Both the position numbers and the translations under genes were made by a program. Positions 48,558 through 62,626 of a DNA stretch of 64,000 bases are shown here, piece after piece (the stretch's first letter is position 1; each line of letters starts with the position of its first letter). Origin of the DNA: Octopus vulgaris (lineage: Eukaryota); the NCBI GenBank assembly GCA_951406725.2, contig OX597819.1, positions 62,000,001-62,064,000 of the forward strand, written 5' to 3'. The notes beneath the pieces were generated by a model that was not told where the DNA came from, searched no databases, and saw only the letters and a program-made list of their open reading frames with translations.

Positions 48558-49299
48558 AGTGGTGGTGGTGTTGGTGGTGATTCACTTGATGCCAATTGAT
48601 CCCATTCTAGTAATATTCAATTCTACAAATCTATATTTGCTATTTTATTGATCCATTTCAATCTTCTGCAGATCAATAATGTTATCTTCTTTCGAGGTGG
48701 TGGAGTCGGTTAAGAATTTAATAAGCCAGACAAGAGATTTTACAGTATCCTGTTCAATGGCCTCAACTTCCTTAATCAAATCCAGACAAAGTCGATTTTT
48801 GTCTGGAAGTTAAAAATGCCAGAGAAAATAATTTAGAACATATAGACATCACTAATTCAGTTTCCAGTTTAAATGCTGCCTTGGTCAAGTTTATCCCACT
48901 GGAAAATGAGTCATTTCCAAATGTCTAGGCAACTCTTGTATTTTGTTGATGAGAGATAAAATCTTATGCTGGACAGAGGAATTAAACTTCTGATTATGCT
49001 GATAATTTTCAGTACCAGAAAATAAGTTTTTTTCCAAATTTCTAGGTTTCATAGTGACCTGTAGTCAACTTTAGTTCCTGTAATATTCAGTTGATGAGAA
49101 ATCAATCTTACACTGGACAGGAAGCTAATCCTTCATGGGTGTTGTATTATGCAGGAGGAATAGGTGCATGTGTGGCTTTGTGAAAGGAAGTTTGCTTCCC
49201 ATTCACATGGTTCCAGGTTCAGTTGCTGTGTGTGGCACCGTGGGCAAGTATCTTTTACTATAGCCCCAGGCCAACCAAAGGATATGGCAGACGGAAACT

Positions 49300-49374
<75 letters not shown>

Positions 49375-50559
49375 TTTGAAGTGGTGTTATAGATATTGAG
49401 AAAAAGGAGATAATCAGAATTTTGGATAATCCTTTATCCATGAGGCCCAACATTCTAAAGTTGATCTTTACATGCCACCAGTATGGGTGCACTTGGCTTG
49501 ACGGGTCCTCTCAAGCACAGCACATTGCCATGACTGTGTTTGTTTGTCTCCCACCACCACATGAAAACCGGTGCTGGTGGGTTTGTGTCCCCATAACTTA
49601 GCAGTTCAGCAAAAGAGAGTGATAGAATAAGTACCAGGCTTTTGAAAAAAAGTACCGAGGTTGATTCATTTGACTAAAGTTCTTCAAGATGGTGATCCAG
49701 CATGGCCGCAGTCTAAATGAAAGGCCCATTGTCTCCAACCTGAAAGTCATACAAGAACATCAACACTCTTATCTACCATGTTTCGCATTTAGGCACTGGA
49801 CCAGTAATTTTGTAGGTGGTGGTGGGTGTCTTAGTCAATAGCATCTACCCTAGTATAAGACTGGTATTTAATTTCATTGACCCAGGGGAGACGAAAGGCA
49901 ATGTTAACCTTGGTGGGATTTGAACTTAGGCATGACAAATGCCACAACAAATGCAGCACTGCATTTTGTCCAATGAACGCTCTAGCACTTCTGCTAGTCT
50001 GACTCCTAGTGATGATGATGATGATGATGACGATGATGACGACGACGATGATGATGACGACAATGAGGATGATGGCAATGATGATCATGATGATGATGGT
50101 GATGATGATGATGATGACGACGACGATGATAACGACGATGAAGAAAATGATGATGATAATGATGATGATGATGATGATGATAATTCAAAGCTTCTGTAAG
50201 TGTGTGTGTGTGTGCGTATGCGTGTGTGTGTGTGTATGTGTGTAGGAAAGGAAAAAAAAGAGAAAGTGAAAGAAGTAAAGAAGGAAACTAAGAAATCAAG
50301 AAATGTCAGAAAGAAAAAATAGAGAGGAATAGTTTAAAAATGCAAAGTCAAGGAAACAGCTGACGCTTTTGTTAGTAAGTAAATTGTTTTCCCATATGTA
50401 AATTGTTTTCCACATATGTTTGTAGATATTATGTGTGCAGAAATGTAAAAACTACAATATTGCCTGAAAGGCAAGCACTCTAGAAATTCACACACTCCAA
50501 ACAAATCCACCAATTTACTGTTGGCCTCCTGCATTTACTGTTACACCATTTGGAGAATG

Positions 50560-52120
50560 GCACTGCACTATGAAAACTCTTCTCAGAATCATGGTCGTTG
50601 GACTGATGAACTTTCTAGTTTATTATCTTCTATTAAAGTCTTTAAACTTGATACCACACCATTTCTCTGTTGAGCTTTCTTTCAGTCCAAAGTTCTTTTA
50701 TTCTAATAGCTTTGTAGCGAGTCAAGAAGCTATTTTTGTTATTGCGTTTGTAGCACAGCTGTGCTAAGGCAACTCCAGCCAATCAGGGCTGGGCGCGTAT
50801 TAATACCAAAAGCTGTTCTCTGCCCCCAAAGTGTTAAGCTCCTTTGTTTTTCACATCAACTTCAAGCCGCTAGCTCTGAATTATATCATCCCTCAACTCT
50901 GGCCATATCATAAACAGTGTATTTCATTTACGCCAACTTCGCTCTGCTGAAACACACCAGTCCATAACTCTAGCCATATCACGAGCAATATATCTCGTTT
51001 ACACTAGCTCCGTTTCTGTTAGCTTATAACGACTTCCAACTGAATCTATTTTTCAAATGTTTCTCTGACCTATGCACATACACTGGCTACGCTCATATTA
51101 CCTGTCAGCTCTCGTTATCCTTTAATAAATTAAAATATTTTGTATAAAAATGCCTTCTGATATTTTCTCAAAATCTCACAGGACCTCTCTATGAACACTT
51201 TCTCTAAAGTGGTCACCCTTTACCATCATTCTCTGTATAGCTTCTTGCCTCCAACTGCTGCTTTCCTGAACTTATGCTATTGTCTTGTTTTCCTTCAATC
51301 AATAATATTCGGCCCTTTAAGCTTTCTGTCAATCGACATCTTTTGAAGTTGTAGGCTCCCTTCTTTTCCTACATTGTAGTTCCTTGCACTACATTGGATT
51401 AAAACCCTTTTTTTAAAGAACAAAATCCTATATGAAAAATAATTACTTGGCTCACAGTGTACCCTATAATTTTTTTTTTTACTGTGATTCGAACGTTACA
51501 GGGAACAGCTAGCCTTTGGCCGCTATTTGGATCCCGTTATGTCCACTACTCTGATTGGTTGGTATTGGAGCAATTTGTCTCTTACTCGATTGCGTCAATT
51601 TGCCGCGTATAACCAGTTGGAGTCCCTAAATACAATCACGTGGGACAGCCTGTTCTCTACCCTGTTTTGAGCTTACAGTTCCTTATAAAAACCCAGCTTC
51701 TCGTCTCGAAGTCTTTTGTTCTTTTAAGGTCTAGCCACTGACCACAAAGACATAACCAGAATATACAACCTGTATTCCGCCGAGGTCGACTTTGCTTTTC
51801 ATCCTTTCGGGGTCGATAAATCGACTGGCCTCCTCCCCCAAAATTTCGGGCCTTGTGCATAGAGCAGAAAAGAATATACAACATGTGTGAACTCCTGTAT
51901 CAAGTAATCCAGGCAGCAGCATCACAGCCATGACTTCACATACATTATGTATGCGTAACCAGCTCAACATCATGGCCGCGACTTCCTGATACAGTATTTC
52001 AGCCACCGTGTACGAATGACTACGAACTGGTATGTTCATCTTTCTTGTGTCTGTGAACTTACTTCTAACTTCGATGGCTATAGACTCTTTCACTGTCGCC
52101 TTCTTCATTACCAACCTTAT
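50560..52120 (-). mobile_element. possible very old L1/Tx1-like remnant
   Basis: Broken minus-strand translations RSLTLWG (like LSLxGR) and HVIVFRDSN (like IIxGDFN); weak. Confidence 0.3.
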
Positions 52121-53888
52121 ATGTTCTTAACACACGCGAATACATCTACGCACATACACTTTGTTGTCATGACGGCCTATCCATTATTCTGTATACATGA
52201 CGTACACGCAGACACACTTGTTAACATATCAATAAATCTTTTCTTAATCACTACACGCGGTTGTGTTTCTCTATTTCCATCTGGCAAATAAATAACTCTA
52301 TCTATTTTATATTTATTGTATCGGTCGTGTGATGTGGTACGAAAGAGCCATTCTTGCACCTCACATTGCACGGTCCTTTACAATATAAAGCTTCGGTCAA
52401 CGAGTTTTATTCATTGTGGTGAGTGCTGCAACTTTACAGATAACAGTTTCTCAGTGTTATGTATGCGACATAGCATACCAGAATACATTGAAATAAAAAC
52501 GATACATCTTATAACCGGAGGACAGTTGTAAGAACAATCTGCATACGCTCAATGCTTCTGATCCAAAGCTTAAATGCAAAAAGGGGAGATTAACTTTCGC
52601 TTCTTCCCTTTATAAATCGTGGAGCAGAAGTCCCTCACCTCCACGTCATCCGGAAATTCATGGAATGTTCCAGAACACTCCACGGAAGGTCATCCAAGTC
52701 ACACACACCCCTTTTATTTTTTCACCCAATTAACTGAGAGGGCACTACAAGAGTTTCAATTGATTCGATCAACAGAACGGCCTGTTCATAAAATTAACAG
52801 GCAAGTGGCTAAGCACCCCACAAATAAGCGAACCCCTAACATAGTTCTCAAGGGGATTCATTGTGACACAGAGTGTGATAAGGCTGGCCCCTTGAAATAC
52901 AGGTACTACTCATTTTTGCCAGCTGAGTTAACTGGAGCAACATGAAATAAAGTGTCTTGCTCAAGGTCACAACGAACCGCCAGGTATCGAACTCACGACT
53001 TTGCGATCTTGAACTGAATATCCTAACCACTTAGTCACGCGCCTTCATTGAGCTGAAGTCAGGATTGATATGTACGAGAACGGAAGGCTATCTTTTCTTT
53101 ATCTCGCTTGTGAGAGAGCTGTAGAAGTTCTTAGAAAAGAGCAAACCACTAAGCCTAACATTCATTGGTCTAGAGAAGACCTTTGACAGGATACCACGCT
53201 AAGTAGTCAGGTGTTTGCTAAACTGTAGAAGAATGACTACTGAGAGCCGTGTAAGCCTTGAACAGAGATATCGTCAGCAATGTGAAAGCAACGAGTTCAG
53301 TGAAGAATTAACGTGCTGGTTTTAAGTGTCCACCAGAATTCGTTTCTCAGCCTAGTTACAATAGTTCTCCTAGTCATAATACGTGAGTATAAGACCGGTT
53401 GACAGTGAGAACCTATGTACGAAGGTGACCTAGTTCTCATGACTTATTCTGTCAAAGAATTAGTAAGATGTTCAAAACGAGAAGCAAAACCTAAAATCGA
53501 GAAATAAACCCATTAAAGACAAAAATTCTAATTTGGTAGAGAGAGAAAAAAAATGACCATTACAATGAAGGAGGGAACTTTGCTTGTTATATTGAAAACG
53601 ATTAAGGAGAAAGTCCATACATAAAGAAGTTGTTTGTGACATTGAAGTGAGAGCTAGAGGGCTCCAGAGAACAAAACGATCAGGAGACGAAAGATGTGGC
53701 AGATGAAAGACCTCTTTAATACTCATAGTTGTTTCAGTCATTCAACTGTGGCCATGCTAGTACATCGCCTTCAAGTACTTTTAGTCGAATGAATCGATTC
53801 CAGTACTCATTTTTTTAAAGCCTGGTATTTATTTTATTGGTTATTTTTACTGCACCGCTAAGTTACGGAGACTTAACACACCAATACC

Positions 53889-56249
53889 CAGAGCTGGGCG
53901 TGAGTCCGTTAATCTGTTAATCGTTAATTAGCGAAGTTAACATTTTCATTTACGATTTAACTTTTAAGTTAACTTTGAAAATCATCATCGGACAAATTAA
54001 CTTCCGTTACATTTAGCTTCCGTTCACTCAAGTCCATTAACCCCAAAATTTCATACAAACCGGTAAACGTTTAAAAGTTTCTATTGTTTTTAGATTGTCT
54101 TAGCACACTAGCGTAGCTAGAGTGTATGCCACTCGGGGCAGAACTTGCATTTGCCGCCCCCGGACCCTACAAAAAAACATATTGCCTACAGCAGACCCAG
54201 AGTGCCACCCCTTTAAAAGTGCCGCCCGGGGCGGACCGCCCTACCCCTTGCTACGCTAGTGTCTTAGCAGATTCAATATTGTACGCGTTATTCTTTCAAA
54301 CCCGATATAACACCACTTATTATTATAGATAACTTGTAGGACCTCGTTTGGCTCTGCCTGGATTTGAAACCAAACCCACCCGCTTATTGCTTGTAAAGAC
54401 AACGGGAAATTCCTTTGTCCTGTCAAGAGGGAACAGTGTTTGATGTGTTTCCACATGTTCAGTGACCTCGCTGAGGTGGATGTCAACAGAGAAAATATTG
54501 ATTTCCATAAATAAACGGAAGGAAAAAAGTTGGTAAATATTTCGGTGTGAACGCAAATAGCTGTTACGTGGTAGCAGGGCATGCTAGGAATAGCAGCCAA
54601 ATCTTTCCTTTTCTGGAAAAAGGAGCCGTTTACGCGTGATTTCAATGTCACCTTCGTTGAAAGCATGCAAAATAACCTGGAAAAGAAACAAATCACTCGA
54701 AACAAAATTCCCTTGGTGGAAAATTCGAGGTCCCCACCACCCTTCCCATCTTTCTTTTCTGGAAAAAAGTGGCTCGTGGCGGGTTTGGAGGTCAGATACG
54801 TTGAATGCACCCAAAAAACAAAACTAGAAAAGAATTGTTCCACGCCGAGATAAGAAATATTTACCGAAAGAATAAAATCTTGTACCGATTATACCTGTAT
54901 TTTAATTAATTTAAATTAATGTAGTTCATTTTTAAAAGTGGCTAAGTTTTTGTCGGTTGTCATCTGGGGAAATTTTAGTATAAAATCAAACAGGTAAGAT
55001 GCATTAAGAATTTCAATTTTAGTGTTTCTCCATAATGTTGTTGCTTTTACACCTGTTAATTAAATTTACCTGCCAGTCAAATTTACTCAGCAAGATAAGT
55101 TAAAATTATATAACTATAAACCAGTGGTATACAAAGCATCCACTGACAAAACTTCAAATCTGTATGTAAAAAAATTTACAAAGTTACAAGCAAATATTGT
55201 GAACGTCCCTCTTGAACCTGAATAATTCAAAATGACGTGAACAAATAAGCATTACATTTGACAGATTAATATGAACACTAAAGATGTTTTTAGGTGCTTT
55301 TTGTTTTCTTACACACACACACATAACATGGCCTCGCTCGGTTGGGACTACACGTGCGTTACTTTGACATCATCATTCCATAAAATTTGTTTATGGGGAG
55401 AAAAATATTGAAAAATATCATTAGATATATGAGAAAGAAACAAGGAGGGAGGTTTGGAGATGTGCTAGAAACAACAGCCAGATCTCCCTTAAGTCACACA
55501 TTTTCCACTGAAATTATTAACAATTTTTTCAAAACCGAAAATGTTTCTCTCATTGGCTTTAAGTGCGTAGTGGAAAAAAAATGGCCCAAATCGTTTCGGA
55601 CTGGGGTGGTGAGGGGATCGGGGGAGTGATAAAAAAATTTTTCAAATTTTTTTCTTTTTTTCGTAAAAAAATGCCTCCCATCATTCTGAAGACTTTGGTG
55701 AAAAACATTGGAAAAATCCCCGTCAAAATGGAGAACTTCCAACTTATGTGGGTCGTCTGATCTGAAACTCCGTTTTCCAGAAACTGCTTTTCCTTGCCTC
55801 CTTCCAAAAATTTTGCCTACAAATTTCTTTGTAATCGTAATCTACACCGTTTGAAAGGTATTTTTATAAAATTTCATTTAAAATTACCTATTTTCCAGAA
55901 AGTTGTGAGGTGGAAAATGTCGGGTTCTGTGAATTTCCCGAAACTCCTCCCCAACTCCTCGAAAATATTTTCTCAACAAATCTTTACATACACTCAATCT
56001 AGAGGATATAAGCGATTATTTGGTGAAAGTTTCGTTAAAAAGTATCCATTTTCTGGAAATTATGAGGCAACAAAATCGGTGGAGTATTAAACTGTAGTTA
56101 TGTCATTTTTCAATAAACGTTAATGTTGACGGATTAACGTTAACTTCTGTTGCATTTTCAAAGAATTAACGGATTAACGATTAACGAAGTTAACTTTTTG
56201 GTAAACAAATTAACGAATTTAACTTTCCGATTAACGGTGCAACACTCTG
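53889..56249. mobile_element. 2.36-kb non-autonomous hAT-like element
   Basis: 8-bp TSD CCAATACC (53881-53888, 56250-56257) splitting a SINE; CAGAG termini; subterminal CGTTAA/TTAACG arrays at both ends. Confidence 0.8.
54106..54261. mobile_element. 156-bp hAT MITE
   Basis: Perfect 12-bp TIR CACTAGCGTAGC and perfect 8-bp TSD TCTTAGCA. Confidence 0.9.
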
Positions 56250-57980
56250 CCAATACCAGTTGTCGAGAGAGACAAACATAGCCACAAAGACACACACAAA
56301 CATATATATGACGGACTTCTTCCAGTTTCCCTCTACCAAATCCACTCACAAGGCTTTGGTCGGTCCGAGAGAAGACACTTACCCAAAGTGTCACGCAGTG
56401 GGACTGAACCCGAAATCATGTTTGGGAAGCAAGCTTCTTACGACACAACCTCACCTATATGTAAACTATTTGCACACAAGCCATCCTTGGCATCACAGCA
56501 GATGTTCAGGAGTACTTGGCAGGAAGAGCATCCGGATAAAAGTTCAAGGGCCCCCTAAAAGTAATTACTTTTACTTTTATTTGTTTCAATCATTCGACTG
56601 CGGTCATGCTGGAGCACCGTCTTTAGTCGAGCAAATCGACCACAGGACTTATTTTTTGCAAGCCTAGTACTTATTCTATCGGTCTTGCCGAACCGCTAAG
56701 TGACGGGGACGTAAACACACCAGCATCGGTTGTCAAGCGATGTTGGGGGGACAAACACAGACACACACATATACATATACATATATACGACGGGCTTCTT
56801 TCAATTTCCGTCTACCAAATCCACTCACAAGGCTTTGGTCGGCCCGAGGCTATAGTAGAAGACACTTGCCCAAGGTACCACGTAGTGGGACTGAACCAGG
56901 AACCATGTGGTTGGTAAGCAAGCTACTTACCACAGCTATAATTGATAGCGTCTTCTATTTTGGTAATTTAATTAAAAGGTGTTTCGGTGCCCCAGCATGG
57001 CCGCAGTCTAATGATTGAAACAAGTAAATGATAAGAGGCAAAAGATAGTAAGAATGGCATGGAAACGGTTCGATGAGCTCTTAACTCTGCTGGCAACAAA
57101 GAGTCTCTTTCCAAGTGAAAGGTAGATTGCATCATGCTTATGAACAAAGTACAATGTTGCCTGGTTAAGATATTGTTGCTTGGTGTAGATATTGAACGCG
57201 GAGGATTTGCGAAAACTGAAAAGAAATGAAGGGAACATGTTTAGCTGAATGTGTAAAATTAAGGTCTACGAGCGACAGAGCATAAATGAACAAGAGAGAT
57301 AAAAATTGGGTATAAGGGGAGTCAGAAGCAGTGCGCCTTGCACGTTATATCGCCGTGTGTAATCGGATAATTTTGTTACATTTCTCTTTCTGATGTGTCT
57401 AAAACTACGATTGTAGACCTTTATTTGATCTCCCCACTCCTGCCTTTATAATGTTTATGGATCGCGTCGAGATTTGGTTTGGTTTGGTGGACGTAGAAGC
57501 TTCAGCTTTGTGCATAAACACTTCTGTATTACGAGACGTAGTTTACGGAAATGTATTGGTGTTTCTACAGGATCAGTTAGGTTTAGATCATATTGGTGGG
57601 GAAACTACAACGTAATTTAACATTTTCTGTTAAAAAATTTTCACTATTTATGGTAAGGGGTAAACTGTTGAACGCTTAAAACTAGGAAGCTTTCTTCTGA
57701 TGTTAATAAACTTGTGCATCTTCTTACTTAGTACTTTTATTTTTGTATTAAATTCACTGGTTAATAAGCGGCGAACTTATCGTAAATTTCCTTTACTGAT
57801 ATTATCGATGAGGTTTTTAAAAACAAAGCGTGAGTGATACGAGTCGATGTTGATATAAGTTTCCATTAGGTTTATTAAATGTCTTACGCAACTCATTGGT
57901 TGAATGTAGGTAGCATTAAGGAAGTTAATGATGACCATAGATAGGTTTCTTGCTGTCGTTATTTTTAGCCCTAAATACAC

Positions 57981-58054
<74 letters not shown>

Positions 58055-60280
58055 GAGAGAGAGAGACAGATAATTAGATAGATAGAGAGAGAGAAGATAA
58101 ACAATTGAAAAATAATGATTAGAAAAGACAATAAGACTGTAAGTACCCCCAGAGAAAACTGGTTATTTTCGTCAGCTCTTTGTTTTGATGCCAGTTGTCT
58201 AAAACGCACCAGTAAATAACGATGACTAAAAGGAGAAGGATGTAAAAGACGGGGGTGAGAAGAGAAAAAAAGAAAGAAATCTTTAAATTGTAAGAAATAA
58301 AGAGTAAATGAAGAATAGAGAAGATGAAAGATAGGAAAACTAAGAGAGAGAGACAGACAGACAAAGCAATAGGAAGAATGACAGAGAAATAAAGAGATAA
58401 GAAGAATGAGAGATGGAGAGAGAGAGAGAGAGAGAGAGAGAAGGAAATCATCTCATATTTAGTATTTATCTCAGCTTTTGCATTTCACGACTGTTGTTGT
58501 TATTGTTGTTGTTGTTGTTGGTGCTGGTGGTGCTACTACTACTACTACTACTACCTTCAGGCGCTGCTGCTGCTGCTGTTGCTGTTGCAACAACTTGCAT
58601 TGTAGCGTTGTTGTCGATGTTGTTGTTTAACCCAAGGTCATATTCTTATTCAAGAGACCTATGAACAAAGGATGGGGGGTGGGTTCCAATCGCGACCACC
58701 CCGCCTTCATTTCTTGTTATTGGACTATCCGAACCAATATGTCCTTATTATTTTTTTTAAAGAGGGATTTGACTGTTATTTATAACACGTCGATCATCCA
58801 TATACACCCTTCCTCATATTGCTACTACTACTACTACTACTGCTACTACTACTACTACTACTACTGCTACTACTACTGCTGCTGCTGCTGCAATTTCTAT
58901 TATTATTCACAAGCCAACGTGGGAACCTCTGTGTGGTCACTCAAAATGCTAAAAATAGCAGTCAAATTCCTTCAAACCTTATTCTACGCATAACAAAAAT
59001 GTGAAGGACACCTTTTGGCCCATGTAAATCCTAAATGAACAAAACGATGGCATTGTCACAGCTGGAGCGTCTTTGGTCATTGATTTGTCCAAGCAGGACT
59101 GACTTGGATTCGCCACAACTCTGTGTTACTCCAAGTCAATGAGGGAACTTTAGGAAGTCGTTCGACCTGTTAGAAATAGCAACTAAATCTACCTCAAATC
59201 ACGTACTACCGGGTTAAAAAAATCTATTGGATAAATGTAGTCTTTAGAAACACACTTTGAATAAAAGGCAGGATGGTCATGTTAGGGCCGCCTTGCTCAT
59301 ATGCCTGCTGAATCATTATGGCTGACCGTGGGTTAAATAACTACTACTACTACTACTACTACTGCTGCTGCTACTACTACTACTACTACTACTACTACAG
59401 CTGCTGCTGCTGTGGCAGACTAGCTTCTTGCTTCTTAATATAAGCAGGAAGTTTCAGATTTTTAGGAGAGAAGGAAAGTTGAGCTGTGGCATTCATGCGT
59501 TTACCCAGCAAGTATCAAGAACGCATGAGGTAAGATAATGGGGGTGGGGACGAATGGCATCCATCCACCGACAACACGAATATAGGTCACTGACTCCTTT
59601 TGTCAGCCTGGGTGGAGAAGCGATGGTTGTGGTGGTGGAGGTATTCACGGTGGTGACGGGCGGCGGCGGCGGTGTTGGTAGTGATGGAGGTATATGTGGT
59701 GGTGGTGGTGGTAGTGGTGGTAGTGGTGGTGGTGATTGTGGTAATGGTAGTGGTGGTAGTGATTGCTGTAGTTGTGAAGGCGCAGGCAGCAGTCGTGGTG
59801 GTTGTGGTGATGGTAGTGGTAGTAGTAGTAGTAAGGTACGTCATATTCGTGGCGGCGTGAGAGCGATGTTGGTGTAGGTGGTACTCTTCACAGTCGTAGT
59901 GGTTATTGCGGCGGCGGTGGTGGCGGGCGTGGTAGTGCTTGTAGTAAGGACTACAGTAATGGTTGTGGCCTCGATGGTAGTCTGGGTGGTTGTCATAGTG
60001 ATGATTATGCTTCTGCTGGTGGTGGTGGTGGTGGCGGCGGCAATCCTCAGAGTTGTTGTAGAGAACATGGTAGCGATGGTGATGGTTGGTGGTGAAACTA
60101 CCTGTTGTTCTTCAAAACTCGCAACTGCAACCTGGTACTTATTCCGATGAAGCTTAACATACATCCATGTATACGTAGATACACATAGACACACAAAACA
60201 AACACATTCAGTTTTATATACATTCCTGTCCAACACAATAATAAATCTATGAGCGAGATATAAACAGTAACTGCTCTATA

Positions 60281-60494
60281 ACATAAGGGGGATCAGCCAT
60301 CTGAATGTAGCTAGGGACAGGGCGGGGTGGTAGGGGTGTTACTGATGCATTTAGCCCCAGGCGATCATCGACGTCACCACCGAGATGGTGTCAGCCCTTC
60401 TGGTGACGTCGATGATCGCCTGGGGCTAAATGCATCAGTAACACCCCTACCACCCCGCCCTGTCCCTAGCCACATTCAGATGGCTGATCCCCCT

Positions 60495-60499
<5 letters not shown>
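60281..60499. repeat. 99-bp inverted repeat with 21-bp spacer
   Basis: Arms 60281-60379 and 60401-60499, one mismatch seen; abuts (TA)n. Confidence 0.93.
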
Positions 60500-60545
<46 letters not shown>

Positions 60546-61286
60546 TCATCATCATCATCGTTTAACGTCCGTTTTCCATGCTAGCATGGGTTGGACGGTT
60601 CGACCGAGGTCTGGGAAGCCAGGAGGCTGCGCCAGGCTCCAGTCTGATCTGGCAGTGTTTCTACAGCTGGATGCCCTTCCTAACGGCAACCACTCCGTGA
60701 GTGTAGTGGGTGCTTTTTACGTGCCACCTGCACAGGGGCCAGGCGAGGCTAGCAAACGGCCACGATCAGATGGTACATTTTACGTGTCACCGACACGGAC
60801 GCCAGTTAGTCGGCACTGGCATCAGCCACGTTCGGATGGTGCTATTTATGTGCCACCAGCACGGGTATCTTAACTACAATTAACTACATATCTGTGTGTG
60901 TGTGTATCTATATATGTACTCTTGTTTCAGTCATTTTGACCGTGGCCATGCTGGAGCACCACCTTTTAGTCGAAGAAATCGAGCCCCAGTCTAATTCATT
61001 GTAAGCCTAATATTTATTCTATCAGTCTTCTTTGCCGAACCTCTAAGTTACAGAGACGTAAACACAGCAACATCGGTTGTCAAGCGATGGTGAAGGAACA
61101 GAAACACAGACACAAACACACAAATATATACATATATATTTCAGTTTCCCTCTACCAAATCTACTCAAAAGGCTTTGGTTGGCCCAAGGCTATAGTAGAA
61201 GACACTTACCCAAGGTGCCACACAGTGGAACTGAACCAGGAACCAAGTGGTTGGGAAGCAAGCTTCTTACCACACAGTCACACCTA

Positions 61287-61327
<41 letters not shown>

Positions 61328-61875
61328 TCATCATCGTTTAGTGTCCGCTTTCCATGCTAGCATGGGTTGGACGGTTCAACTGGGGTCAGGGAAGCCAGAA
61401 GGTTGCACCAGGCCCAGTCTGATCTGGCAATGTTTCTATGGCTTGATGCCCTTCCTAATGCCAACCACTCCGTGAGTGTAGTGGGTGCTTTTACATGCCA
61501 CCGGCACAGGTGCCAGACGAGGCTGGCAAACGGCCACGATCGGATGGTGCTTTTTACGTACCACCAGCACGGGCGTGCCACCAGCATACATATATATACA
61601 CACACACACACACACATAATATATATATATATATCAACAATAACAAAAATAATCATTTCTGCTAAAGGCACAAGGCCTGAAATCTGAGGGGAGGGGGCTA
61701 GTTGATTACATTGGTCTTTGTGTTTCACTAGTACTTAATTAATTGACACTGAAAGGATGAAAGGCAAAGTTGACCTCAGTGGAAATTGAACTCAGAACGC
61801 ACAGATGGACAAAATGCTGCAAAGCATTTTGCCCAATGTGCTTTGATTACTGTAATACACTCATATACACACACA

Positions 61876-62096
61876 TAGAAGGGAGTACTGGAAGCTTTAT
61901 GGCGTGAAGGGGGTCACAAAAGGCCTGGCTGGAGGCCCAACATTTTGAGTTCTTTAACAGGGCTTAGAAAAACTGAAGGACCGCTGCAATAATTGTGTGA
62001 ATCTAAGAAGGGAATATGTTGAATAAAATCATAATTAACTGATCCTCCTGTATTTTCTTTTACCCAAATCCAGGAACTTTTCAGCATTCTCTAGTA
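61876..62096 (+). mobile_element. internally deleted mariner element
   Basis: Transposase C-terminus WLEAQHFEFF/GLEKLKDRCNNCVNLRREYVE*; right end CCAGGAACTTTTCAGCA...TA. Confidence 0.7.
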
Positions 62097-62316
62097 TATA
62101 TACATACACACACACACACACACATACACACATATACATATACCATCATCATTGTCATCATCTTTTAATGTCTGCTTTCCATGTTGGCATGGGTTAGATG
62201 GTTTCACTGAGGAATGGCAAGCCAGGAGGCTGCGCCAGACTTCAATCTGTTCTGGCAAGGTTTCTACAGCTGGATGCCCTTCCTAACACCAACCACTCTG
62301 TGAGTGTAGTGAGTGG

Positions 62317-62468
62317 GCCAATCAGGCGGCACTGGCATGGGAGCCAATCAGGCGGCACTGGCATGGGAGCCAATCAGGCGGCACTGGCATGGGAGCCAAT
62401 CAGGCGGCACTGGCATGGGAGCCAATCAGGCGGCACTGGCATGGGAGCCAATCAGGCGTAACTGGCAT
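62317..62468. repeat. 26-bp minisatellite, 5 perfect copies plus 1 partial
   Basis: GCCAATCAGGCGGCACTGGCATGGGA at 62317, 62343, 62369, 62395, 62421 and 62447. Confidence 0.95.
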
Positions 62469-62626
62469 TGACCACCCTCAAATGATGCTTTTTATGTGCC
62501 ACTGGCACAGGTGCCAGTCAGTAGCACTGGCCTTGGCCATGACAACAATTTCGCTTGGCTCAAAATATTTTCTCAAGCACTGCATATTGCCTGACGATTG
62601 AAAGGTACTTTTAAATGGACCACATT

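Larger units (their letters stand above)
53080..57335 (+). mobile_element. old RTE LINE split into 53080-53720 and 57040-57335 by nested insertions
   Basis: Left: KPLSLTFIGLEKTFDRIPR and MYEGDLVL (decayed YADDL); right: RMAWKRFDELLTLLATK, AEDLRKLKRNE; collinear with the 41-kb copy. Confidence 0.75.

Noticed and set aside
57887-60160. Possible small exons (57887-57970, 58146-58198, 60102-60131 minus; 59466-59529 plus)
   Set aside because: Splice-like sites exist but phases do not join into an open frame and no homology is recognisable.
33671-60236. Long low-complexity ORFs (poly-H, D, M, YI, THT, LSIY)
   Set aside because: Translations of GAT, GGT, TA, CA and TATC microsatellites.
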